Assembly: GCA_013239625.1 (NCBI GenBank)
Contig: MU053652.1
Location: 7,587,027 to 7,651,026, forward strand
Length of the DNA: 64,000 bases
Direction of reading: 5' to 3'
From: Lama guanicoe
Lineage: Eukaryota
The translations under genes were made by a program, and so were the position numbers. Under the pieces are notes generated by a model. It was not told where the DNA came from, did not search any database, and worked only from the letters and a program-made list of their open reading frames with translations. Shown in pieces: positions 1 through 13,519 of the stretch; position 1 is the stretch's first letter; each line of letters begins with the position of its first letter.

Positions 1-255
1 GCAGTCAGAAAAGATAAATTAGGAGTTCCTGATTTGCAGATTCTAACTACTGTATATAAAATAGATAAACAACAAGTTTCTACTGTATAGCACAGGGAAC
101 TATATTCAATATCTTATAGTAACCTATAATGAGAAAGAATATGAAAATGAATATATGTATGAATATGTATGACTAAAACATTATGCTGTACATCAGAAAT
201 TGACACAACATTGTAAACTGACTACACTTCAATAAAAAATAAAAATAAAAATAAA
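1..255 (+). mobile_element. L1 3' UTR with A-rich tail (cetartiodactyl-type; runs off the window start)
   Basis: 'tatagcacagggaactatattcaatatct...ttgtaaactgactacacttcaataaaaaataaaaataaaa'. Similar copies occur at about 23.8-24.05 kb and 50.5-50.75 kb. Confidence 0.9.
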
Positions 256-914
256 TTGGGAAGCATTGCACTACAAAAAGCTTATGAAAGATGGAGTAAA
301 AGAATATAAAAGAAAGAGAGTCATGTGTAATATGCTGCTAGAGGATGTGAGAAGAGACCTCCAGGAAACCAGGGAGGATTCAGGAGGTGACGACACACAT
401 GAGTTCTAAAGAACAAATCAGAACAGTAGAAAGGATGAAGAAATAATGTGTTTAAAAGCCCAAGGGTAAGAGCAGATCTAAGGTCTATAACACAAGTACT
501 TATAGGTTAAGTTTACTTTAAACATGCATCTTACAATAGCTTTTTTTCTCTCTAATATGCTCATTAAATGCTGTATTTTGATTTATTGTTGATCTATAAA
601 TGGGAAGAACTCTGGTCCTAAAAGCTAGCTAGCTAATCTACTCCTTCCAGCCTGTGTTCTCTTTGACATCTGTGATTTTTTTTTTCCTTAGGGCATATGG
701 TGAAGAAGGAGGCAGATTTACACTTTCCTCTTTTTTGAGTCTACACTGAAAATATTACATAATGGCATGCCCTATGTAAGTAAAAAATGCCCTTTCTTCA
801 TCCTGGATCCCCACGCTTTCAAGCTATTCAAGTTTAACTACTTAATGGTGTCAGTTGATGTGCACAAGAAGAATTCAGGTCTCTTATCTTCCTCTGGGGA
901 AATGTCTTTATTAA

Positions 915-1020
915 CTCACAGCTTTATATATTCACTAATTCAGAGAGCTATTGACTCTTTCACGTGGCGAACAGAAGACCACAACTATGAATAAGACAGT
1001 CCTTTACCTCGATGAACTGC
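915..1020 (-). mobile_element. Degenerate L2 3' fragment
   Basis: Weak match to the reverse L2 3' end ('atgaataagacagtcctttacctcgatgaact'). Confidence 0.35.
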
Positions 1021-4000
1021 ATGGCCTTGTGATTCCTGTCTTCTGTACCTCCAGGAATAAGCTGTATTTAGAAAGAGTGCCCAGGCAATTTAGCCAATGC
1101 ATACAATCAATGTGGTGTTAAGAGTATTCGTAATGTACAGAGAGACTGCCAAGTTTTATAAAAACTAATAAAGAAGCCAACCCCATCATTTCAATGATTT
1201 GTACAGCCCCTATTAAAAGGTCTATAGACTGAAAATGGAATTCTGTCATTGCTCTTATTAGAATACGAATGTCTTTTCCCATCTTGACAGGAGGGCAAAA
1301 CACATTTATGTGATGCAAGCCTTTTCTGTAATTTAATTGGCCTTTCAAATTCAGCTGCATTAGCTTTGGGTTGCTAGTCGGAAAAATTACCCAGAAACGT
1401 AACATTGCCCTGCCAAACATAAGACCTTCCAGGTGACCTAATGATATAATGGAGATTGACAGTACTCTAGCCCACATGTGAAACAGTATGAATGAAAGGG
1501 AAGTCAGCCTGGTTTCCTCTCACCGTCTTACTGAGAATCCAGGGTCTGCCAGACTTTTCACTACAGGGAACCTATTTGTCATTGCTCGTCATCCTGTGAC
1601 AGAGTAATTCAGTCTGTAATCAAAGAAGCCTGGAAGTCATTTTTATTTATGTATAACATGGTAAAATATGGCTGTCCTAGGGGACAGGAGAATGAAAATC
1701 ACAAACTTAAGCTGTGGTCTTTAAGAAAGCCATTCTTGCACATGCTCAATCTCTTATCTTTTCTTATCTTCACGTAACTTTTAGTGTCTGGACTACCAGC
1801 AGTTAATTCTTCTGCCTTCTTTCTGAATCAACTGCCTCTCTCTTCAGATCAGCTCTGTTTGGTGAGTCCTGCTTATTTCCCTCCGTAAATGCCTCTAGGA
1901 GAAAAAAATGCACAGCCAAAAGTGAACCCAAGACACAGAAAAGAAAAAAACACACAACTTCTCAGAACTGTCTTTTGCTTTTCCATCAGTTTTATCACTG
2001 ACCTTTACCTAAACTCTCAAAGAGAAATGAAATCTTCAACTTGATAGTTAAAAATGCTGATATGTTGATTATTAAACTTCCTTTTGGAGAGCACTGGTAG
2101 CCTAAGCTCCTTGAAAGGAGAAAAAGGCGTTTTGGCCATGAATCACGCCATCAAAACAAACAAAGCAAGTTAGAAGTCACTAAAATAAGCCCAATAATAT
2201 TTTCTTGTAGAAAAAATAGTCTGTTTCATTTCCTGGAGTCTGTAAATGCAAAAAAAAAGCAAACATTTAACAGTATTTACTAAGAAATAAAATAGGAAAA
2301 TATTCCAGGAAATCCCAATAGATTCTATACCATTTTCAAAAGTTGACATTTTTCCCCAACGTAAGTCATAAGCTTTTGAACGCTAATTTAATAAGGTGTC
2401 TCTTTTTCTGTCACTAAGAATGCATATGATCAGAAAATAGTGCAATGTTTCATTTGGCTCTCCATAGCATTGCTTCTGCTCTTAGAAGAAAGAAATGCTT
2501 TCTCTTGGATTACAGGAACAAGTATGAAAAAAAATTAAAAGGTTAAAAAAGAAAAGGTCATTAACAAAGAGTCCTGCTTAGGCAACATGCTAGTAAACAA
2601 CTCTGGCATCTCCTTTTGGAGTCCAATCACTTTCCATTACACAGAGCATATGTTCAAGCCAAACACCAGGCAGAAATTTTGGAAGCTTAGAGATGTTTAC
2701 AAAAAAGAAATTATGCACAGAAAACCTGAGGTCTACAGAGGTGTGATCAGCCTGATTTCAGAAAGGCTGGCAAACCCTTCACAGGGTTCCTTTTATCATG
2801 GCTGCATGCTAAAAATGTGGATGATTAATATGCTAAATAGGAAAACCTGGGCTGTCAGTTGCCTGCGTTTGTCTGCCAGAAACTTGAAATTAGGTCATGG
2901 CTGCCAGGGAAAATTCCTTCCCGGATGGCAGGCTGTGTGAACATGTTAACAGACGCAGACAGGAGGAAACACCTCCTGAAATACTCTAAATGATGGGAAT
3001 CATACACATCAAGAAAATTACATCAACTTGTGATTTCAAAATGGAACCAAGAAACATAGCTCTGAACTTCACACCTCACTTTCCACTCTGCCCTTGAAAG
3101 AAAACAAAATGGAACAAACCTCCTTCCTTGTCTTTCTAGCTGTTTCATCAACCCACTTAAATATGCAACATTCCACGTATAAAATTTCTTTTAATGAGCA
3201 CCACTCTGAATAGTTTTAAAGTATACCAAATTTTAGAACTCTATCTTTATTCAAGGATGACATTCCTGAAAGATAAACATATGCATACCTACATATGTAC
3301 TTTTTTTTAAGGAATTACTGGTATTGTCATGAACATAAGGGATCGTTTATAATGTCTGCACTTTACTATCTTCAAAGTAATAGGTTATATTTTTTAAGTA
3401 GTAAAACTGAAATACTGTTAAAATGCTTGGCTAAAATTTCATAGACTTTAATGCTTAAATTAAGTCTTTGTTCCTAAATTAATAATTATGGGGAACTTGA
3501 GGCTGATAAATATCTCCATTAAAAAAACACAACGGTAATCAGTGTGCTGTAGTGGAAAGATAATCAGTAAAAAGTTCCAGAATAAGAATTTACATTCTAC
3601 TTTTATTATTAATTTGCTTTTTAACATTTCCTTATAACAAGAATAATAATTACTTAGTAATAGTAATTTTAATAATTTTTAAAATTTAGGCCTGTTTACT
3701 AGTCTATAAAATGATTAGTTAAAAATGGAAGATTTCTAAGCCTACTTCTATCTGTAAGACAGCATTCTTATCTTATTTGAGTTAAAACATTAATAGAAAA
3801 AACCTGAAATCTTGTTAATATTTGGATGCACTATTAATTTATTAACAGTTAAATAATAATCATTTATATGATGTACAAGGAGGGGTGACAACAACAGCAA
3901 TGACAGTTAAATACGCCTTGCAAACTATGGAAGATGGTCAGGTCAGTCCCTTTTCTTTGACCACAATAGTTTACTGCACCTGTTTTCCTATGCACAGGAG

Positions 4001-5711
4001 CAGAGCCATCTATCATGGGGGAAAAGGTCCCTGTGGCTCAGTTAAGGGTCTTTGCACCCATCAGAGATGAGAAACTGTTAACTACATTGGTATTTACAGT
4101 AATTAGGACTTCAGATTGTAAATTAAAAAATTGTCATAATGAATATGTCTAAGCACAGAATTCTGATTGAGGCTCTTGGGTGACCATAGTTTCACAATTT
4201 GATGTGTTTTAGTTTGAGAAGCCAAAGATTTGCAGGATGGTAACAACCTAAACCTAATTATTCCAAATGCCGCCCACTGTGCAACTTCATTGGAGTAACA
4301 GCACAAGCGCTCTCAATCGTCCAAAGAATCCTTATATAGTCTGAAAAAAAAAACCCCACATTTTAAAGCTCAGTTTTGCCTATTGGACATCAGTGACTTG
4401 GAAAAGAGTAAGTGACTTGATCGCATGGAAAATAATTATCTACAGACTGAGGTCTGAAATCTGAGACTACTTCTCAGCCTGAAGAGAATTCCCAAACTTC
4501 CTTACATGGATTTTTAATTTTATTCTTTGGATTTTTTCCTCCAAGAAAATTGCTACATGTCAACCATGGTTGACACGGTTCTTTCCTATTCTTCCAAGCC
4601 CTCTTCATAAAATTGGAAGAAAAATGGAAGCCCCTCATATTTCCACCAGAATATCTAAATTTAAAGCTTTTATCTAGATCTCTAATATTTCCATATTGTG
4701 CTTAGTACAAAAAACTACCATGACTCTCTCAACCTTCTTCAGAGTACACAGTTTCTGATGAGGCGGTTTTCCAGCATCTCTTCATCCTGTTTTTCTCCCC
4801 TCAGCAAATCTGCCCAAATTCTCATTCTAGATAAGCAGAGACCCCCAGTACCTAGAGCAGGTGCTGTTTGCAGGGGTGGTGTTGGCGTGTGTGCTGACAC
4901 CGACCCACCAGTGTGATGACGAGGGGGAGCTGAAGGCAACATCCAAGAGAAAAACCCTAATTGGAAACCACATAGAAATAAACTATCATTCCTAAAGTGT
5001 TGGGCGGAGGTGAAACCGTGAAAATTCTCTTTGAGATCAACCAGCGTGCATGGGTTCTGACTGCTGAGTGAAAGGTAGACCCTTAAAAAAAAAAATTCAA
5101 AATGTGGAGGACAAAGAGAGTGGCTTTTTTTTTTTTTTTTTAAATAGTAAAATGAAATGCCACCTTCTTCACTCATGGATAGAGAAGCACCATTAGGGAA
5201 AAAGCCACATGGGATAATTTTCCAATTTGTCATTCTTTTGATGCTCTGAGACCAATTTCAGTTCGGGGTGGGGGAGGGTTAAACATACAATTCTCCCTCC
5301 ATTTGCCGCACCCTCAATGAAAGTGTTGTGTGGGGCCTGCCCTTGACCTCCTTTTGTTTCTCTGCAGTGTCTCTGTCGGTAAACTGAGTCACTATAATGG
5401 CTTTCACATGCTCTTTAAGAGTGCCCTTTTCCCACATGAGGAGCTACCACCTGGGTATCTTCACTAGCATTCTTGCTTTGTCCTCAAATGGATCAGATCT
5501 GCATATCTTCTTGCGTTTTCTAGTCACATTCTGGAAGGAGTGGTACTAAGCTATAACAGGAAGAGAAAGGGACAATTAAGCAACAATGCATCATTTCGCT
5601 GTTCAGCAGACAAACAACGGATTCCTGAAAAGGGGAACTCTTTCCCCTTGTTTCTTCCTGGGGAGCAGCACGTTTATTCTCTTGCTGAAAGTAACAGTCA
5701 TTTTGGATATT

Positions 5712-5730
5712 GAGCGCCATCTCACGGATA
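5712..5730 (-). promoter_or_regulatory. Candidate CTCF site
   Basis: GAGCGCCATCTCACGGATA (minus strand CCGTGAGATGGCGC) matches the CTCF core and retains its CpGs in unique sequence. Confidence 0.5.
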
Positions 5731-6294
5731 CAAATGACAAATCTAACCCATTCGATCCAGTCTATTCTTAGCCATTAGGTCGAACTGGAGTCATATGTGA
5801 CATCTATAAGCATCAGAGTAAATGGAAATTGATGTCAAAAGGACATCAAATCAGTAACAAGTCATACGACCATGAAATCTAGTATTAAGTTATTATTAGC
5901 CAGATGGCTAAGATATGTTCAAGGCTCTATGAAGTCAGAATGAAGGAAATCTCCAGCCATATAATACCTCCTCCTCACAGACAGGTATATTTGGTGGGAT
6001 GAAGGGAATGTTGAATCATTAGCAAAACATCCAATCCAGTTTTGATTGCTTACAGTTACTTCTTTGGAAATAAAATGAGGGAGAACACAGCTTATTAAGC
6101 TTTTACTTTCTCACGTTACCAAATAAACTATTATACAGAACTTTGAGATGCAAAATTCAACACTACAGCGTTTATTTTTGAGACTTTGAAAATTAAGTTC
6201 TTCAAGTCGGAATTACCAACAAGGTGCTAGAGTCAACCTCCTTCTGGAAGTGTGAGAGAGAGTACATTTGTATAAACTAAAAGAGTGAGTAAAG

Positions 6295-6775
6295 ACCTCT
6301 TTGGTCTCAGGTTCTCTTCACAGTTTTAAAAAGTACTGAGAGCTGCAAAGAACTTGGTATGTGTACTATATACCTATATTTACTCATTAGAAATGAAAAC
6401 TGAGAAAATTTAAAAGCATTTGCTTATTCATTTATTTAAAATCATGACAAACTTATTATATGTTAATGAAATAATATATTTGTCAAAATAACTACATTTT
6501 CTAAGATAAAAATTAGTGAAATAGTGGCACTGTTTTATATTTTTATGTCTCTTTAATTTCTGGTTTTACAGAAGATAGCTGGATCCTTGTCTGCTTTTGC
6601 ATTCCATTTGCTGTGAAATCATATGCCACGTAATTTCTGGAAACTCATGAGAGAAAAGAATGAAAAGCAAGTAAAGTTTTGTATTACTATGAAATACAAA
6701 GGCTTGTACCACTATGAAAAGAGTTTTGATCACGTAGCCCCTGTTACCCTGGACTGCACTTTGAGAACTTTTGGG
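6295..6775. mobile_element. hAT-Charlie (Charlie1-like) non-autonomous DNA transposon remnant
   Basis: 'tttggtctcagg...aaaattagtgaaatagtggcactgttttat...gaagatagctggat...ggactgcactttgagaac' resembles Charlie1 termini and subterminal sequence. Confidence 0.7.
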
Positions 6776-7296
6776 GTAGAAAGATAAGGGTGCTCATGTT
6801 TTCAAGCATAAGAACGTTTAAAAAAATTATTAAACCATTTTAAAACATGTTTAATCATTCTGCACTCCATACAACAAACGTTGTAACAGATATCAACGGT
6901 TTGTCATATTTCCTTAATATTAAAATATATTTCCCCACTCCAAACCCACTTCATTTCGTCCCTCCTTCAAGGCAAAATGGAAAGGACTTCTTTTAAAATT
7001 TCAAAAAATTTTAGACTCTTCTAGGATCATACTTGGAAATTCAATATTTATTAAGAAATACATGATAAATTGGTGCCATGAATTATATAACACTTTCAAA
7101 AATGAATTTTTGCAACCATAAGAGCATCTCTATACTACTAAAAGACTATATGTGAAAAAGATGTTAATTTGGTGCTTAGGCAGTGTGCCAGAGATGTATT
7201 TTTGGAAATCCTGCATTAATTCCACAGTTCACTAGGGTTCACTGGTCTCTGGGCTAGAAACCACTGAAGTAAATGACCCGTAAGATACATTGCAGA

Positions 7297-7325
<29 letters not shown>
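7297..7325. repeat. (AC)n microsatellite
   Basis: Directly visible. Confidence 0.95.
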
Positions 7326-7331
<6 letters not shown>

Positions 7332-7944
7332 ATATTTAATATAAATTTTAATCCTCAAAAATTAAAGCTGCCTCAGACATTATAAGGTGATTTATGAATC
7401 CATAAACTCAGTGATCTTTCCAACACTGGCGGTGATCCAACTTCATGTTTCAACAGAGAGTTTATTAAAGAGCTAAAGAAAGCAGCATATTACTGAGATA
7501 CACTGTTAACACAGGAAACTACCCAAACGGGATACACAGATAATTACAGCACCACTGACGTTTGCACCCCAACACAGAAAAACAAATTAATGGAGACTTT
7601 CTTGCTTGGAAACAGTTGCAGTTCTTTTTGTCAATCTGTGAAGTCAAGTGAGTCATAAGACTCTCCTTGTCATTCCCATCATAGGGTTACAGATACATAT
7701 CTCTCCTCTGTGATCAGCAAATACTGCTCCTCGACACATTTTTTTCCTGGCTTTACATTTAACTAGCACCAAAGAAAGAATATAGAAAAAGTCATATAAT
7801 AGTTATAAAATTACAACCAAATATGGACCACGGTTGAGAAACAAATGAACAAGCCAGTAAATAAACCTCAAAGTGTAGCAGGTGCCTCAGGAAAGAACAG
7901 GGCACTAGGAGAGACAATAATAAGATGACAGGCACCTACCCAAT

Positions 7945-9400
7945 TTTTTATTAAACTGTAAAAAAAAAAAAATCAGCTTCAGCCATTCAGGAGAGTTGCA
8001 AAACCATTACAATGAGCACCCATATTCCCTTCCCCCTACACTCTCTCATTGTTAATATTTTGCCACGTTATTCTCCCTTTTTCTCTCCTCTCCCTCCCCT
8101 CCTCTCCTTTGTTCTTCCTCTTTTCCTGTCCCCCTTCCCCTCCTCCCCTTCCTCCTCCTTCTGCTCCCTTTCTATCTCCCACTCCCTACACACACACACA
8201 CACATATATTCTACAGGTATTTCCAGATATATTTAAACATATATAAACTTAAACATTCTTATAGTTATTTCCTATAGACTGAATTGTGTCTCCCAAAAAT
8301 TTATATGTTAAATGCCTAACTCCCAACATGATGGTATTTGGAGATGGGGGCCTTTGGGAGATACTTAGGTTTAGATGAGGTCTTGAGGGTGAGGCCGTCA
8401 TGATGGGATTATAAGAAGAGGAAGGAAGAGACACCAGATCACTCTCTGTCCCATGTAAGGGCACAGTGAGAAGGCAGCTCTGTAAGCTGGGTCCTCACCT
8501 GACTCCAATCACAGTGTCACCTGATCTCAGACTTCCACTCTCCAGAACTGTGAGAAAATAAATTTCTGTTGTTTAAACCCTTCAGTCTAAAGTTTTTTGT
8601 AATGGTAGCTTGAGCAGATTAATACATTATTCTTACTAGTGTGATTCCAATTTCTTATGAACCATTGAGAGTAAGTTCCAGAGGTCATAACCCTTCATCA
8701 CTAAGTACTTGAGCATTTATCTCCTAGGAAAAAAGGATATTCTCTTAGTCACACCGTAATTTTAAAATTCAGGAGATTTACCATTGATACATTATAATCT
8801 AACATACAGTCCATATGAAAATTTTATCAGCTGTCTCAATAATACCTTTCATAGAAATTTCTTTTTTTTTAACCCAGGATCATGCATTGCATTTAATTGC
8901 ATTATGGATTTAGTCTCCTTTACTGTGGAATTCCTTAGCTTTTCTTTCTCTTTCATGACATTGACATTTTTAAAGAGCTCTCCCTAAGTTTGTGTTTCTC
9001 AACTGTTCCATCATGATTAGATTTGGACTATGCTTTTTTAAAAGAGATATTACATAAGTGATACTGTGTCTTCCTCAATGTGTTACACCAGAGGGCACCT
9101 AGTACTAGTTTTTTCAATTTGGATATTAACTTTGACCACATAGTTAAAGAAATTTTGCCCAGATTATTTCAACTTTTGATTTGTTTCCCTTTGTATTACT
9201 AAATATCTTGTGGGGAGAATCTTTGAGACTATGTAAATATCTTGTACCCTAACCAATTCTCATCAAATTGCTTTGGCATCCGCTAATGATTATTGCCTGA
9301 ATCAATCATTATATGGCTTCTAAGTAGCATTTTCTCTATGTGTCATTCCCTCTGCATGTATGTGTTTACATTCTACTGAAGAGCGTTCCTTTGTATTTAC
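7945..9400 (-). mobile_element. Old L1 (L1MC4/L1MC5-like) 3' region, interrupted by an MLT1A LTR and a pyrimidine/(CA) tract
   Basis: Reverse-strand L1MC 3' motifs: 'aacccaggatcatgcattgcatttaattg', 'tcatgacattgacatttttaaagag', 'gggagaatctttgagactatgtaaatatc'. Confidence 0.75.
8270..8626 (+). mobile_element. MaLR solo LTR (MLT1A/MLT1A0-like)
   Basis: Starts 'tcctatagactgaattgtgtctcccaaaa', AATAAA at 8557-8562, ends 'aataca'. Perfect 5-bp TSD TTATT at 8265-8269 and 8627-8631. Confidence 0.9.
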
Positions 9401-9673
9401 TTTTGGAGCTCAAATTGTGGAGCTCCTTTAGACTGAGTGAGCAGAAGAGATTTATGTAAGAAAATGATCATTTCACTGTGAACCAAAGGATGAAAATAAT
9501 GCAGAAAGAGCATTCTGGGAATAAGGAGCTGAAAGTGTGAATACTCTTTTCTGACCAAAGTTTTGCAACAGAGCTCTAATTAAATTATCTGTAAGTTAAA
9601 CACCTCAGAGAGAAGCTATAGACATCAAAAAGCTTTATTTAAATAGCTAATTAATTGAAAGAACCATTTTTTT

Positions 9674-9806
9674 CGGGATCACAATGTGAGTCCAATGTGC
9701 CCAGGACAATCCCAATTTACATTTATTTTGCTAGCATCACAATTAATAAAGGCCCCTTTTCATTCCCCAAAGCCTCAGTTTGGGTGATTAGTATCATGAT
9801 TACCCT
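9674..9806. mobile_element. hAT-Blackjack MITE (MER94-like)
   Basis: 'gcccaggacaatccca...attaataaaggcccctttt...gtttgggtgat...atgattaccct', about 130 bp. Confidence 0.6.
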
Positions 9807-11829
9807 TTCCCATAAACTCTAAAATATAAAAAAATATAATAGCTTCCCAGGTAGAAGACTTGTGCCATTGACACACAAGTCCACACCAAAACACATTTAA
9901 ATGAATGCTTTTCTTTTTCAAGTTTTAAAAATTGCATATTTCTCCTCCCCATTTAGTTGCTCATTGCACTATTTGCTAACTCCTACCACAAAGTGTGTCT
10001 CAATCCAATTGGAGTATCTTTTGTTACATTGTATAGTGATCCTATTATATTAGTGGATAAATACAGCCATGACACTAAATGCAAAATTTATTAATGTGTG
10101 TGAATGCTCTAACAGTCATAAATTTGGTGATGGTTACTTTGTAGCTAGAAAAAAAAATTTATGTTGAAAAACAGAATGAGGGAAAATAGTCTGAAATAAT
10201 CTATTATAAAAGAAAAAACTAAGAATAGATTAAGAAAGTGTTAAAATCTTTTCTTCTAGAATGGAGTTCTCCGAGTCTTATCCCAACATAAGGTCAAAAT
10301 ACTAGACCAGCTATGTGCCCGGGATGGTTGCATTACTGAACATGCATCTGCCTTGGTTCAACTGTAATTTAACTTTTCTTTCCTTTACTTTTGTTAAGGG
10401 TCAGTATTAGGAATGGCTATGTGAAAATTGCCATACGAATGGCCTTTATATCTTCAGTCAAATTATGATTAAAGGTAATTTATATGAAGATGGTGGCACC
10501 AGGATAGCCTTCTCAGTAATTGTCACACTTTCATTTATCATTTAATGAGATTACTATACCTCAATATTGCTTATCTTTTAATTCAACTAATACAAAATTC
10601 AGAGGAAAGTTTTGATTTTAATTTTAAAGGCTTTTCCAGGTTAGCATTTGAATATTCTCTGCCTATTTCACACCCTCTTCATTATTTGTCTGGATAATGC
10701 TGCATCTGTCATTTAAATACTACTATAAATAATCAGGTACGTGAATTTCAAATAAAAAAGTAAGTCATAACTCCTTCTTGATGAGCTAATCATGACAAGT
10801 GGGAATATGTTTAGGATAGTGTTATTAAACATACCATGTGAACTGTTTTATTAGATTAAAAATTATTAAGACAATTATTCATATATAGATAACTGCAGAT
10901 GTATTTTTGTATAATATTGAATTATCACATTGTGAGTTACATATTGTCCTTACATTGGATAGAACTGAGACAAGAAACCAACACCACAGAAACTGCTTTT
11001 TAATAAAATACTTCATAGATTTAGATGTGAAGAAACACGTAATGCTTTACAATCTGGTGAAAAGTCTAATGCAGTGACTAACCACTCGTGAGTAAGAACT
11101 GTTTCAACAAGAAACATCCTTGACGCCGTCCCTGTTTCTTTGCGCAGCCCCGCCGTGAGGAAATAAACACGTAACAGTTGTGTCGTCTGCGGAGGACACT
11201 TAACTTGTGCACCGAGACTTAGCTGTGCCAGAGGTTAGCACACAAAATATTTCCATGTAAATGAAGGACTAATAAGGTAGCAACTGTGAGTAAATTGCAG
11301 GGGCTAGAAGGGGCTACTGGTAACCTTTTCCTAATTGATGAGACCAAGTTGGGGAAGTCATTCAGCAAGAACCATCCTGGACTTCAGACACTTTGGCAGG
11401 GATTACAAGAAACAGAGCCAAACCAGACAACTGGAGCATAAACAAACAAGCCAGCAAAGAAAACACTCATGGAAAAAAAGCCTTCTCCTTCGGGGAAACT
11501 AGTTCCAGGGAGTCATGAAAGGCTGAATGGGGAAAGAAGCAAAGCTGCTCCCAGAGCCTGGGTGTCTCTACTCTAAGACCTTGCAGCAACCTCATGACAG
11601 TGAGCCTGGTCCTGGATCTCGGCCCCATTCTCCAAAGTATTTGCTAGCTTCCTTTTCTCCACGTCTCCTCTCTTCTTTAATATTTCATTAATTCTCTAAA
11701 GATCTGACGATCACACCTTGACAAGCGATTTCCAAACCTGAATCGCTAACACCCTCCTACCATTCTACTTGTCTTTCCAAGTACTATGTGTACTTCCTCA
11801 CTTTAGTGTCCTGTTGGCATTGGAAATGT

Positions 11830-12420
11830 GACATCTTTCCTTCTCCCTTCAAACTAGCCCCTCTTTCCAAATTCAGTGTTTCGGATCAGGGCAAAATGTC
11901 CTACCTGAATCAGGTTTGAAAAATTAAATTCTCTCTTCTTTTATGTCACTATTCTATAGCCTGTTGGTTACAGAGTCTTAACAATTCCACCTCCGTTATG
12001 TATTTTCATATATATCTTCATTTCTTTTCTCATTACCACCACTTAAGTTTAGGCCCTTGTTAACGCTCACCACAAACAGTGTAATTATCTAATGAGTTTC
12101 TCTTACCTCCATTCTACCCTATACATTTCTATCAGATTAATTTTTTCCAAAGGTCATTTAGTCCTGTTACTGTCCTGTTCAAAAACCTCCCTAGCTCCCA
12201 ATTTCCTAGTGAACAATGGGTAAAGAACCTCTACAAGGTGGCTCTCACGTACTACTCTGCCAATCTAATCACATAAAATTTGCACTTAAGCTGAATTAAT
12301 TGCTTCCAGAATATGTTGTATAGTTTCCTCTAATGTGGCTCAAAGTACTACTCATGCTGCCCAAAGTGCCTCCTCTTTCTTTCTCTGAAAGTTATGACAC
12401 AGCTTAAGTTGAACCACTGT
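11830..12420 (+). mobile_element. L2 fragment
   Basis: Degenerate L2 3'-half motifs ('tcattaccaccacttaagtttaggccct', 'ctgttcaaaaacctccctagctccca'). Confidence 0.6.
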
Positions 12421-13519
12421 ATCAAAGAAGTACCTTCTTATTCACGCATTCAGCTATTCCTGGACTCCTGTAATATGCACTAGTTATGCAATATAACATA
12501 CACGCGATTCCTTCCTTCAGGAGCTAACAGCCTGTCCAGTGAAATGATTACTCTAGCCTCTGAATTTCTGTAATATATTATGTCTTTCCCATGGTACTAA
12601 TTCCATAAGGAATTTTATTATAGTTATTTTTATATGAATCATAGAGTTATCAAATTGCTTTCACAACTTCGAAAGAAGTTGTGTAAAAACACAGTATTCA
12701 AATTCTTTGTAAATAATTTAGTAGATAAATTCTAAATAAATGACGTTCAAATTCCATTTTTTTTTTACCAATATGACAAAGCAATTTTTTTTTTAGTTTA
12801 ACTTTCAAATGTGTAGCTATGTTTTTCTTAAACAACTAAAGACTAAAATTATTTTTGGCTTTTTCCCCTGGTGTGTTACAAATCTTGCTGAAATGTGTGT
12901 GTTAGTAATGCAGATATGCTAACTAAAAAATTTTCTGAAAACAAGCAAATATTACTTGACCTACATATTTCATTTGCCAGTCTGCCATGTCCTTCAGGGT
13001 CTCACTGGAAATGTTATTTCCCCAGTTTTTGCTTGTCATGAAACCATTTACTGACTGAGTTTTTAATAGGTCTAAGGACTGAAAAGAGAGAAGCAGGCAC
13101 TTATTAACCAGTCTAACTTTTTAAAGGTTAGAATTTAGAGTACATATTATCCCCTTAAATTATCCTATAGGGATGCATTATTTTCTTATACACACAAAAA
13201 ACAAACCTTAAATGATCTCTTAAGGTAGTTTGAAAAATAGAATAAAGTAAGTATATAAAGGAAAGCTATTCACTTTGGCCTCATCAGGGACTAATCACAT
13301 CTAGTGAGCAGAAAAAAATGTAAGTTGATTTCCCAACAAATATGTACTGGCCCTCACTTCCAAAACCTATCCTTCTACATTGAGATGAAGCTGCAATGGT
13401 TAATCAATACTTTCAGCTCTTCTAGCTTCTCTAATCTCATTCACAGATTTGAGTAGGATCTAGATAAAACGAGTACACATTGATGAAGCGGGATCTACTA
13501 ACTTTTCACCATGACAATA

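Noticed and set aside
4200..4352. Minus-strand acceptor (T-run CAG at about 4341) as a coding exon
   Set aside because: Stops occur in all three frames shortly downstream; at most a non-coding or cryptic site
4739..5233. Longest ORF (164 aa) as a gene
   Set aside because: It runs through poly-A and poly-T tracts (KKKKK, FFF), has no recognisable domain, and is consistent with chance
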